DNA of 30,746 bases from an uncultured Lentisphaerales bacterium (GTDB taxonomy: Bacteria > Verrucomicrobiota > Kiritimatiellia > RFP12 > JAZUKQ01): assembly GCA_964565855.1 (NCBI GenBank), contig CAZMGQ010000003.1:1-30746 (forward strand). The letters are read 5' to 3'. Both the position numbers and the translations under genes were made by a program. Below, one piece after another: positions 7,742 to 17,500 of this stretch. The notes beneath the pieces are model-generated. The model made no database searches. It was not told where the DNA came from and saw only the letters and a list, made by a program, of their open reading frames with translations. Position 1 is the stretch's first letter. Every line of letters starts with the position of its first letter.

Positions 7742-10447
7742 TTATTTGGCATCCAGGAAGCCTTCGAGCCTCCGGATACGCGTGGGGTGACGCAGCTTGC
7801 GCAGAGCCTTGGCTTCAATCTGCCGGATGCGTTCGCGCGTCACACTGAACTGTTTGCCGACCTCCTCCAGGGTGCGTGAATAGCCGTCGGTAAGACCAAA
7901 ACGATGGTCGAGCACCTGACGCTCACGTTCTGTGAGGGTATCGAGCACCTCGTGCAACCGCTCCCGCAACATGCTGTAGGCGGCCATTTCCGAGGGGTTT
8001 TCGGCGGATTTATCTTCGAGGAAGTCGCCGAAGTGGGCATCGTCGCCATCCCCGACCGGACTCTGCAGCGAAATCGGCTGCTGAGCCATTTTGAAGACGG
8101 CCTTGACCCGTTCGACGGGGATTTCCATCTCTTCGGCCGCTTCTTCGGGGGTGGGTTCGCGCCCCAGCTCCTGCACGAGCTTTTTCTGCACACGCATGAG
8201 CTTGTTGATAGTTTCGATCATATGCACCGGAATACGGATCGTACGGGCCTGGTCGGCGATCGCTCGCGTCGCAGCCTGTCTGATCCACCAAGTGGCATAG
8301 GTCGAAAACTTGTAACCGCGCCGATATTCAAACTTCTCCACCGCCTTCATCAGGCCGGTATTGCCTTCCTGAATCAGGTCGAGAAAAGAGAGGCCGCGAT
8401 TCATGTATTTTTTGACGATGCTGATGACCAGGCGCAAGTTGGCCTCAACCATTTCGGTCCGGGCCTGCTGCCCCTCGCGCATCGCGGTACGCAGCTCTTC
8501 AAACTCCGACATGAACTGTTCACGCGGCATCATGAAGCAGCTTTCAATTTCGGCGGCAACTTTGCGGGCCTCGGCGATCTGCATGTCGCGCCGCTTGCTG
8601 CGACGCTGCTTGCTGAGACGCTCGATTTCGCCCGTCTTGTAACGGTATTGTTTGAAAATCTGTTCATCGGCCTGCGCAGCCATCGATTCGATAACCTTTT
8701 GCTTAAAGTTCAACTCCTCGCACAGGATACGCAGGTCATCGCGCAATGCATCGAGATTGCGCTGGTGTCGCGCGGCATCGGCCGCCTTGCGCCCGGCAGC
8801 AGCCGAAGCGCGGAACTCTCGTTCGATCTTGCCCTGGTGCTTGACAAGCTCACTCTTGAGACGCGGCAGCAGCTCCATGTATGCTTCGCGACTGTCGATA
8901 TACTTGTCGGCCACGATACGGTCAAAGCGTTCTTCCCCGGTTTCGATGCGGGCAATCAGATCAAGGTGCATCCGGGTCGCAAATCCAAAACGGTTGAAAA
9001 GAGCCCGGATGCTCTTTTCCGAGTCCTCAATACGTTTGCAGATCTCCACCTCCTGCTCACGCGTCAGCAGGGCCACCTGGCCCATCTGATGCAGATACAT
9101 GCGGATGGGATCGTCAAAATAGTCTGGCTTGGCCGCCTTGGAGGCGTCCGCAGTTTCCGTTTCACTGCGATATTTGTCAACGTCCGCAGCATCAATGATG
9201 TCGATGTCCATGCTGCGCAGGTTGTTCAGATACTTCTCGATATCGGTATCTTTGATAATGCTTTCCGGCAAAGCCTCATGAACATCCTCGAAGGTCAGGT
9301 ACCCCTGTGCCTCGGCGAGGGTGATCAGTTCGCGGATTTTTTCATTTCTTTCTTCACGCCGCTCTCGCTCGGCCGCAATTTCCGGATCCAGATGTGCATT
9401 TTCGGGCAGTTCAAACTGATAGGTGTCCTCTACACCGTAACCATGGTCATCGTCAGGGTCAGGGGAGGCCACGCGCAGGGTGGAGACAGTCTCGTCATCC
9501 TCGTCTTCCTCATCGTCGAAATCACTGTCCAGAACATCGTCAACATCTTCCAGCCCGCTTTCAGCAGCCGCCAGGTCGTCCTCACTCGGCTCTTCTTCAG
9601 CGTCGGGATCAATGTCGATATCCTCGATATCGTCAACCTCAATGTCATCAACACCGTCAGCATTGTGGTCCAGATACTCATCGACCTCAACCGATTCGAC
9701 ATCCGTCGCAGCTTTCTTGCCCTTGGGTGTCGCAGGTGCAGTTGACTTGTCACTGGTTTTCTTGCGAGTGGTACTGGCGGCAGGTTTGGCTTTGGGCTTT
9801 GTAGCTGGCTTAGTTGCTTTGGTTTCAGTCTTCGGCGCAGCCTTGGCTTCGGCAGCAGGCTTTTTGGCAGTAGTCTTATTACTTTCCGCGACTGTTTTAC
9901 CAGTTGATTTAGCTGTAGCAGGTTTGCTGGCCGTCTTGGCATCTTTTGCTTTGGCTGCAGTTTTGTCCGGTTTGGTGGCGGCCTTCGCAGACGACTTGGT
10001 TTCAGCCTTGGCTTTCGGCGCCGCCTTGGTTTTGGCAGCGGGCTTTTTGGCAATAGTCTTCTTGCTCGCAGCGGCTGTTTTACCGGTTAATTTAGCTGTA
10101 GCTGGCTTGCTGGCCGTCTTGGCAGTTTCAGCTTTTTTGGGTGCAGCTTTGGCTGGTTTGGTAGCGGCCTTCGTAGTCGACTTGGTTGCAGCCTTGGTTT
10201 TCGGCGCCGCAGCCTTGGCTTTAGCAGTGGATTTTACCGCAGTAGCCCTCTTTTTGCTTGCCGCAGTTGTTTCAGCTGCTGCCGGTTTGCTTGCCGTTTT
10301 GGTGGTTTTTGTTTTGGCAGTAGTTTTCTTCTTGCCGGTGGCAGCAGCTTTGGTGGCACTGCTGCTTTTGGTTCCAGTCTTCTTTGCAGTGCGGCTGGTT
10401 GCCTCACTGGTCTCTGTGTTTTTGTCAGTTTTTTTGGCTTTAGCCAT
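7742..10447 (-). CDS. rpoD: Primary RNA polymerase sigma-70 factor with long K/A/T-rich and acidic N-terminal extension
   Basis: Region 1.1 ([21 protein letters not shown]), 1.2 ([11 protein letters not shown]), 2 ([13 protein letters not shown]...[15 protein letters not shown]...RTIRIPVHM) and 4.2 ([31 protein letters not shown]). Confidence 0.97.
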   Translation of the reverse strand: MAKAKKTDKNTETSEATSRTAKKTGTKSSSATKAAATGKKKTTAKTKTTKTASKPAAAETTAASKKRATAVKSTAKAKAAAPKTKAATKSTTKAATKPAKAAPKKAETAKTASKPATAKLTGKTAAASKKTIAKKPAAKTKAAPKAKAETKSSAKAATKPDKTAAKAKDAKTASKPATAKSTGKTVAESNKTTAKKPAAEAKAAPKTETKATKPATKPKAKPAASTTRKKTSDKSTAPATPKGKKAATDVESVEVDEYLDHNADGVDDIEVDDIEDIDIDPDAEEEPSEDDLAAAESGLEDVDDVLDSDFDDEEDEDDETVSTLRVASPDPDDDHGYGVEDTYQFELPENAHLDPEIAAERERREERNEKIRELITLAEAQGYLTFEDVHEALPESIIKDTDIEKYLNNLRSMDIDIIDAADVDKYRSETETADASKAAKPDYFDDPIRMYLHQMGQVALLTREQEVEICKRIEDSEKSIRALFNRFGFATRMHLDLIARIETGEERFDRIVADKYIDSREAYMELLPRLKSELVKHQGKIEREFRASAAAGRKAADAARHQRNLDALRDDLRILCEELNFKQKVIESMAAQADEQIFKQYRYKTGEIERLSKQRRSKRRDMQIAEARKVAAEIESCFMMPREQFMSEFEELRTAMREGQQARTEMVEANLRLVISIVKKYMNRGLSFLDLIQEGNTGLMKAVEKFEYRRGYKFSTYATWWIRQAATRAIADQARTIRIPVHMIETINKLMRVQKKLVQELGREPTPEEAAEEMEIPVERVKAVFKMAQQPISLQSPVGDGDDAHFGDFLEDKSAENPSEMAAYSMLRERLHEVLDTLTERERQVLDHRFGLTDGYSRTLEEVGKQFSVTRERIRQIEAKALRKLRHPTRIRRLEGFLDAK
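9832..10210 (-). repeat. In-frame imperfect tandem duplication (about 183-186 bp unit) in the rpoD basic tail
   Basis: AAPK-coding anchor TCGGCGC(C/A)GC starts at + strand 9832, 10015 and 10201 (offsets 183 and 186). Peptide units both contain KAATKP...[15 protein letters not shown]....K.T.AKKPAA. Confidence 0.85.
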
Positions 10448-10511
10448 GTCGATAACTCCGTCAGCGAAAAATGAGTCAAAATTGGTTCGGTTCAGGTGAC
10501 AGGTCCCTGCT

Positions 10512-11477
10512 TCAGTCGATTACCTTGTCGGGCAGGTCACGTCCTCTGACGAGTAACCAGCCCACATTTTTAGTACCCTTGGCTGCTCCGTCTTCGGTTT
10601 GTACGTTGCGAAACATTTTTTCGATATGTCCATCGGTGAAAATTACTAAACTCCAGGGGATTTCCTTTTTTTTGCTGTCACGCAGTTTGATTGGTCCATC
10701 GTGGTAGCCCCCGATCCCCGGCACCTTGTTTTCCTCGATATCGTCCACCACTTCGGTGCGGTGTTTATCCTCCACATTCAGCACACAGTTTTTCCCGATC
10801 ACATTGCTGTCAGTCCAGGGCACACCCGAATGTTCGGCAAACAGCACGAGGCGGCTGGCGTTGGGGATAACGTTCTTGGTAACGTTGCCGTCAGTAACTT
10901 GCGTCGTTTCTTTGGTTCCAATCCAGGAGATTTTGCGACGATGCCAGTTTTTACGAGTTTCTTGATAGAAAAATTCGTTCATCGCATAGGTCAGATAAAC
11001 ACGATCTTTTCGTTCCGTGGCACCGACTTTTTTACGAAACACTTTATCATGTACTGCAACCGGACAAGCGTAAGCCGATACCTCTCCCTGCATGTAGGCG
11101 AATAACGTTCCGTTCGTTATTCCGCGCAGCGCATCTCTGCCGAAATGGCCTGCGTCCCTCATGTTGGGCTTTTCAGGATTAACTGACGGACGTCTCGGGA
11201 AGGCCGTGCCTTTATCAGGCAGCCATGAAATCCACCCCCTGAACTCATGCCAGCCGTTATGGTTCTGCAACTCAAAAGAACCGGCTCGCGGCATGCTGCC
11301 GGCATGGTCCACTGCATGGGTATGGGCTGCACTTTGCAGGTTTTTAAGGTTCATCCGGCAAGTTGCCTCGCGCGATGAGCGCAATGCTCCCAGAAGCCTG
11401 GGTGCCACCAGGCCGAGCAACACGAGAATGATGGTGATGACAACCAGCATCTCTATGAGTGTGAAGGCTTTACGCAT
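10512..11477 (-). CDS. Prepilin-type N-terminal cleavage/methylation domain protein (DUF1559-like, PVC type)
   Basis: [18 protein letters not shown]-terminus, ...TCRMNLKNL segment, YAMN motif and C-terminal H-Xn-DG (YHDG...VIFTDGHIE). Confidence 0.85.
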   Translation of the reverse strand: MRKAFTLIEMLVVITIILVLLGLVAPRLLGALRSSREATCRMNLKNLQSAAHTHAVDHAGSMPRAGSFELQNHNGWHEFRGWISWLPDKGTAFPRRPSVNPEKPNMRDAGHFGRDALRGITNGTLFAYMQGEVSAYACPVAVHDKVFRKKVGATERKDRVYLTYAMNEFFYQETRKNWHRRKISWIGTKETTQVTDGNVTKNVIPNASRLVLFAEHSGVPWTDSNVIGKNCVLNVEDKHRTEVVDDIEENKVPGIGGYHDGPIKLRDSKKKEIPWSLVIFTDGHIEKMFRNVQTEDGAAKGTKNVGWLLVRGRDLPDKVID

Positions 11478-11665
11478 GATTTACCTCTCCTCCGGGAACC
11501 CCTCGGGCCAGCCTGTAGATACAATCCACCCATTATGGCCCTGTCAAACAGAACAGCGCACATTATCACATTTCACGGCCGCATTGCAAGCATTTAAAAC
11601 ATCAATTTCAAAACTTTCTTCTTCACTTTTTTCTCTGCTCTTTTTTCCCTTCCTGCAAATACGGT

Positions 11666-11693
11666 TTTACAATCCGGCTACAGATGCTAAGGT
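11666..11693 (+). promoter_or_regulatory. Candidate sigma70 promoter of the ECF sigma gene (near-leaderless)
   Basis: TTTACA-16 bp-TAAGGT with TGn extension, ending 10 nt before ATG 11704; no SD visible. Confidence 0.4.
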
Positions 11694-11703
11694 TGTCGGC
11701 CAA

Positions 11704-12261
11704 ATGAGCAAGGTTGATTCGGCCAAAGATTTGGTGCGCCGTCTTAAGCACGATCCGGATGAAGCTTCCGTGGGTCTCCTGCTGAAAACTTACGGTCCGC
11801 GTCTGTTCGGTGCTGCCATGGGTCTTTGCGGCAATACGACAGATGCCGAAGATCTGGTGATTATGACATTGCAAAAAGCCGTGCATAATATTGCCGGGTT
11901 CCACGAGCAATCGTCGCTCTTCACCTGGTTGTACGGTATCCTCTACAATCAGCACCTCATGCTGCGGCGCAAATATGCCCGGTCGCGCATGATCTATGTT
12001 GACCAACTGCCTGAAACCGCCGACGAGAGCGTCGCGCATCCGCTCGAGGATATCGCCGCCTCCGAACGTGCAAAGGAGTTGCTGGCGGCAATCGACCAGT
12101 TGCCGGAAACCATGCAGGATGTGGTGCGGTTGCGCTATTTCGGTGAGATGAAAATCGCCGATATAGCAAAAAATCTCAAAATACCCGTCGGGACGGTCAA
12201 GTCACGCCTTTTCAACGCCTTGTCGCAGTTGAAAAGCTTCTTGTCGACCACTTCAAATTAA
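11704..12261 (+). CDS. ECF (extracytoplasmic function) RNA polymerase sigma factor
   Basis: Start moved to MSKVDS. Region 2 DAEDLV...SLFTWLYGI; region 4 IDQLPETMQDVVRLRYFGEMKIADIAKNLKIPVGTVKSRLFNA. Confidence 0.93.
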   Translation: MSKVDSAKDLVRRLKHDPDEASVGLLLKTYGPRLFGAAMGLCGNTTDAEDLVIMTLQKAVHNIAGFHEQSSLFTWLYGILYNQHLMLRRKYARSRMIYVDQLPETADESVAHPLEDIAASERAKELLAAIDQLPETMQDVVRLRYFGEMKIADIAKNLKIPVGTVKSRLFNALSQLKSFLSTTSN

Positions 12262-12315
12262 ATTTTTGAAAAAAATGAACCTTTTGCACTGACCCTGCAA
12301 CTAACTGTTGAAAGG

Positions 12316-14586
12316 ATGATTATGATTTGCAGAGACTGCCGCATTGCATGTTTTGACCTTCTGGATGGGACGATCAGCCCCGGACTGGAAGAAAAGGTGA
12401 CTGCTCACCTTGAAGCATGTGCCGGTTGCAGACTGTTTCTGGAGGAAGAAAAAGAGCGTCTGGGGAATTGGCCGGAACTTGTTGCGGAACTCCCGTCGGC
12501 CCCCTCCTTCTTTACGTCCGAAGCAAACATCAAGCGCATACTGCATGGAGAAGCAGCGTCCGACAGTGAGAAGCCACTGCCGCAGCAACGTCTTGCCAAC
12601 CTGTGGTCGCACTTGGGCAAAATGCGCAAAATTGCAGCAATCCTGGTTATCGCAACCATGCTTTCACTGTTCTCCTGGGCTTCGATCAAATTGGCAAGAG
12701 CGGTTTTCGGCCGCTCCAAAGACCCGGGCGAACGAGTTGTTCAGGTGGAAAGCAGCCCGATGGTGACGGAGTCAGAGCCCGTCACGCCCGCAACATCGGT
12801 GGCTGATTTCACGCCTGTAGAAACCGGTGCGGGTTACACTGGAGACTTGTCTCCTCTGGACCCGGAACCGGGCAGTTATGGAGCAATCGCTTCGCATAGT
12901 CAATCAAGTCTGGAAGGAGACTTCGGGATGAAAATGAACCGGATGGTTACAGCAGGGGCAGTCGCCGCCATGATAGCCGCGACATCAACAAATGCCGCAA
13001 TATTCACGGGTGTTTCCGGCTATGACTGGAGTCAGCCATTAAACTGGAGCACGGGTCTGGTGCCGGATGCAAATGAAGACGCGATCATCGGCACAACGGC
13101 GCCTGCCGGTGCTTTGGACCCGGCGGTCCAACTGAATGCGGGAGCCACTGGCACGGCCAGGAGCCTGACGATCGGTCAGGAGGCCGGGGCGGGCGGGAGT
13201 CTGACCGTCAACAACACGAGACTCGAATTACTGGCGGGCGATTCCTTTGTAGGCAAGTCCGGCGAGGGTAGCCTGACTGTGACAAACAACGGACAACTCA
13301 ACGGTGGCAAGATCACCGTCGGGAGTGTGAAAAACTCCAAGGGTGAACTCGTGATTGCCAATGGTGCCAGCTTCAATCCCGGCAATACCGTTGTAATTGC
13401 CGCGGCAGGGAGTGGCAGCCTGCTCGTTTCGGGTGGGTCGCTCAACTCGGCTGACTGGGGGCTGACCGGGGCTTCAACCGTCGGCGGCCAGGCGGATATT
13501 CTATTTGACGACGAGGCGGAGGCAACGCTCAAAAACATCCTGCTGGCAGGCTGGGGCGTTAACTCCAGCGCTGAGCTGACGGTCGATGGAAACTCGACAG
13601 TCGATGTGCTCGAAACACTGACTCTTGGCAACAGTGTCGGATCGGTGGGAACAGTGGTTTTCAAGTCGGGCACCTGGATTCAAAAAGGTATCAGCTATGT
13701 TGGCAACAAAAAAGATGCCAGTGGCTCGGTGCACTTGCAGGGCAGCGGATTTCTGCCACGAAATCAGGTATGGCTGGCGTCCGAGGCCGGTAGTTCGGGG
13801 TTGATTGAGGTTGCCGACACCTCTCTGATGTGGACAAATAACATTGCCACTGTTTATGTCGGACATTCGGGTGAGGGTCAGTTTAATGTCGTTGACAGCA
13901 GCCTGACGATCCGCCCGGCGCTGTTGTACGTCGGCAATGCCGCCACGGCCTCGGGTTTGTTCAATATGTCCGGTTCGGATGTCACCAACCAAACCACGAT
14001 TGTCGGCAGCACTGCCGGCAGCTCCGGCAGAATAACCCAAACCGGCGGCAGCCTGACGGTCAATGACTACTTCCGTGTGGCGGCCAACGGGACAGGCAGG
14101 TATCTCAGCAGCGACGGTGTTTTCAATGGCAGATGGGTGCAGATTGCCGCTTATGGCAGCGGTACTACGTCAGTGGGAGCCGTGGAGCTGTCCGGTACCG
14201 GGAGAGTCTTCAATGTTTCCGGCAGCCTGGCCGTTGGCACGCAGGGAAGCGGCGGCCTGACAAACCGGGTCGCCCAGTTGGCGGGCGGTATCGATCTGGC
14301 AGCCTCGACAACGCTGACGGTCGGCAATACGGGCAATATCCACATCCAGTTTGAGGAGGATCCGGTCGAGACAGGCATGTACTGGGGCCTGCGCTGGACT
14401 GGCGACCATGTTGCCGAACTGATCGCTTTGAGCGAGACGGTTCCCGCCAAACTGAGCTGGGATGTCGAGGGTGTCAATCCGTATTACCGGCCGGATGTCG
14501 GCATCCACTACGATGGCGACTTTACTTATGTGGGCATTCCCATTGCCAAGTTTGCCACCAACCCCACGCTGATCATTATCAACTAA
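12316..14586 (+). CDS. Zinc-finger (ZAS, zf-HC2-like) membrane anti-sigma factor fused to a secreted autotransporter-passenger-like repeat protein
   Basis: HLEACAGC (HxxxCxxC) plus N-terminal Cys; TM KIAAILVIATMLSLFSWASI; P/S/T/E linker; second signal-like segment MKMNRMVTAGAVAAMIAATSTNA; VG..G.G.L.V beta-strand repeats; ends PTLIIIN. Follows the ECF sigma gene. Confidence 0.85.
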   Translation: MIMICRDCRIACFDLLDGTISPGLEEKVTAHLEACAGCRLFLEEEKERLGNWPELVAELPSAPSFFTSEANIKRILHGEAASDSEKPLPQQRLANLWSHLGKMRKIAAILVIATMLSLFSWASIKLARAVFGRSKDPGERVVQVESSPMVTESEPVTPATSVADFTPVETGAGYTGDLSPLDPEPGSYGAIASHSQSSLEGDFGMKMNRMVTAGAVAAMIAATSTNAAIFTGVSGYDWSQPLNWSTGLVPDANEDAIIGTTAPAGALDPAVQLNAGATGTARSLTIGQEAGAGGSLTVNNTRLELLAGDSFVGKSGEGSLTVTNNGQLNGGKITVGSVKNSKGELVIANGASFNPGNTVVIAAAGSGSLLVSGGSLNSADWGLTGASTVGGQADILFDDEAEATLKNILLAGWGVNSSAELTVDGNSTVDVLETLTLGNSVGSVGTVVFKSGTWIQKGISYVGNKKDASGSVHLQGSGFLPRNQVWLASEAGSSGLIEVADTSLMWTNNIATVYVGHSGEGQFNVVDSSLTIRPALLYVGNAATASGLFNMSGSDVTNQTTIVGSTAGSSGRITQTGGSLTVNDYFRVAANGTGRYLSSDGVFNGRWVQIAAYGSGTTSVGAVELSGTGRVFNVSGSLAVGTQGSGGLTNRVAQLAGGIDLAASTTLTVGNTGNIHIQFEEDPVETGMYWGLRWTGDHVAELIALSETVPAKLSWDVEGVNPYYRPDVGIHYDGDFTYVGIPIAKFATNPTLIIIN
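12914..12930 (+). promoter_or_regulatory. Internal in-frame ribosome-binding site and start codon
   Basis: AAGGAG (12914-12919), 8 nt spacer, ATG at 12928 (codon 205 of the 756-aa ORF), followed directly by a signal-peptide-like sequence. Confidence 0.6.
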
Positions 14587-14589
14587 AGA

Positions 14590-17500
14590 GTGTCCCTGAT
14601 GCGCTTGATATCCGGCCCGGTCACAGGGGTCTTGTTGATGCTGGCCTGTTTGTCTGCCGGACAGGCCGGGCAGTTTACAGTCATGCAGGCTGAAGAACGC
14701 CGGCAGTTGGTCGTGGCGGCCGAGGCGCCGGACGGCAACGCAGCTGCTAAAGTCGCGTGGGAGATTCCGGGGGGTGGGGTGGGGTCATTCAAGATGACTC
14801 CCGCCATTCCTCTCCTGCCGGGGCAGAAGTCGCAGGTTGTCTCACGGCTGTTTCTGCCTCCGGGGTGCGGCCTGAAGTCGTTCAACCTGCGGGTGGAAGA
14901 CATCTCCGGCGAGACTTTTCAGTACTACCGTCTGCTGCCAGCGGGGGCCGAAGGCTGGATCAGCCTCACCAACACAATCGACACGGCCCGGCCACCTGCA
15001 AAGGCCAACTGGGGAGGCAATAACGATGCCGTTATGGACTCCCCGCTCTCGGTCTCAGGCATCGGTTTCGAGTTTGATCCGCTTGTTAGGAGTGGTCACT
15101 TCTTCTTTGATTTTGAGCAGCCGGTTCTGCTGTCGGCCGCGCCTCCAGGCGTTGCAGTTTCGCTGACGGATGACAAAATAAAGCCGCTACTGGTGGCTGC
15201 AGCGGACAGAAAACAGTCCATGACCGTCGGAACAGTGGCGGGAGATAGCCTCAGCCTGATCGTCAGAAAAAACAGGGACGGTACCAGAAGCTTCGACCTG
15301 ATATTGACTGCTGAATCGCAGGTGGAGGAGTTCGGCGGTGCCCTGTTCATGGTCAGGATCTATCTGCCTGCCCCGGGGGTTCTGAGTAATCTCCGACTGA
15401 ACCTCAAAAATGCCGCGGGTGAACATTACGCCTTCGAACAGACTCTTTCCGGTCAGGCTGGCGGCTGGCAGACAGTCGCATTTCCTACCGACGGTGCGCT
15501 CCGCAGTCCCTTGCGCAAAAGTGGTCCGGCCTCAAATAACGGTTCGCTCTTCCCGCTGCGGCTGCATTCGCTGGCGGGGGACTTCCGCACTCAGGAGACC
15601 ACGGAGGACTGGATTGCCTTCAACAAGCTTGAGTGGGCCTATCTGCCTGCGCGCTTGAAGGTCGATTTTGTCGCCGGCAATGAGATCAACATAGTCGATA
15701 CCGGCAGGCAACAAACCCTCGGCTGGCGCATCACAAATCCCCGCAGCGGAGCCCTGGCTGCGAGGTTGCAGTATGTCGCAAAAGACATCTACGACAGTAT
15801 AGTCGCCTCCAATACCGTCCCTTTGAACCTGGATGCCAGGTCCGAAACTTTTGTCGGGCTGCCGATACCTGACAAGCAGGGTATCTACTACGTCGAGACG
15901 TCATGTCTGGAAGAGGACGCCGTCGGTCCTGCTGCCATCGGTAAATACCGTTTTGCCCATGTCGTGCCAGCCGGTCCCCGTACCCGTAAAAAGGATGATT
16001 TTATTTTTGGAGTCTGTTCGCATTCACAGTGGAAAACTCCCGCAGAACAAAAACTGCATGCGCTGGCCGCTTCTATCTGCGGCGTCAATGTCCTGCGTGA
16101 AGATTTTTTATGGGAGCGCATGGAGCCGCGTCAGGGCGAGTGGAATTTTGCTTACTTCGACAGTGTTTTGGATACGTTCAAGGAGCGCGGCATCGAAGTA
16201 GCACCTCTTTACTGTTACCGTCCCGATTGGGCCGTCGCCAAGGACTGGAAACCACTCAATCCCGGGTCCGAACGCGGCAAGCGACCGGACTATCAGCATT
16301 GGGCGAACTTCGTGCGAATGGTCGCCACCCGCTACCATGAGCAAATCAATTTTGTCGAGATCTGGAACGAGCCGGACCTGATGGGGTATGCCAACTTCCC
16401 GGTTGAAGAATATATAGAGATGATGCGAATCGCCCATAGCGAAACAAAGAAAATCGCACCGGAGGTCACGGTGCTCACCGGTGGCTTTACCATGATGCCG
16501 CCTTTTTACAACATGGTCGATCCACGTCACATGGAGAAAGTTCTGGTTAACGGAAAAAGCTTTTACGACATCCATGCATTTCACGTGCATGGGTCGTATC
16601 TGCACTACAAAAACCAGATCGAACAGATGCTGGCATTGCGTCAGCGCCTCGGTACCGAAGCTCCCTGGTGGGCCAATGAAACTGCCATCACGGCGACCGG
16701 ATTCGGCGAATATGTGCAAGCTGTAACGCTGATACAAAAACTGATTTTCACCTGGGCCCGTGGCGCAATCGGCTACAACTGGTTTTCGCTCTACAATGCC
16801 GGCGGCAACCCCGATTATGGCGAACACAACTTCGGGCTGCTGACACGCGAACTGCATCCCAAGGCCGCTTTCTGCACCTACAACACGACCGCCCGTCTGC
16901 TGGCCGGTGGGCGCTTCCTGGGGGATTTCGATCTGGGACGTGATCTGGACGCCTTCCTTTTCAAGGCTGAAGACGGCAGTTATGTAATCGCCTGCTGGGG
17001 CAACACCAGTTTGCAGTATCCGGCCGTCATCCGCAATATCAGGAATGCTGTCGGCATGATCGATATTTTCGGCAACGAAACCATGCTCGAACCTTCTGCC
17101 GGTGTAATATTCTTTGAAGTCGGTGCCGAACCAAGATTCATCAGAATCAGCGGACAGGACAGCGTGCCAATCGTAGGAATTCCGCCGATACAATTCCCGC
17201 GTCAGGTCGAACTGACACTCAGCAGGGTCGAAACGATCAGCCTGCCGGTCCATAACCCGTTTGATGCGCCTGTTGCAGTTACAACTTCGGTCCAGTTGCC
17301 GGAGGGCATGACGACGGTGACGCCTGTAATTGAGCGGCAGCTCGCCGCTGGTGCAACCGCCGTGATTCAGTTTGTCTGTAAAGTCGATCCGGTTTTCCGC
17401 TCTTACGGCAACCGGAAGCAGTCGCTCAAAGTTCAGGCAAGCTTTGCCGATATCTGGTCGAAGACTGTCGATGTCGGGATATTGTCAGCAACTGCCATTC

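Noticed and set aside
7904-9745. 613-aa + strand ORF
   Set aside because: Antisense shadow of the conserved rpoD core.
9480-10499. 339-aa very hydrophobic + strand ORF resembling a membrane protein
   Set aside because: It is the reverse complement of the K/A/D/E-rich rpoD tail; antisense Lys/Thr/Ala codons give F/L/V/A automatically.
11161-11703. N-terminal extension of the ECF ORF in the track
   Set aside because: Overlaps the divergent prepilin gene and an AT-rich promoter region; sigma similarity begins near Met 11704.
13100-14350. Autotransporter (type V secretion) call for the anti-sigma passenger
   Set aside because: Passenger-like repeats are present, but there is no C-terminal beta-barrel or terminal aromatic residue.
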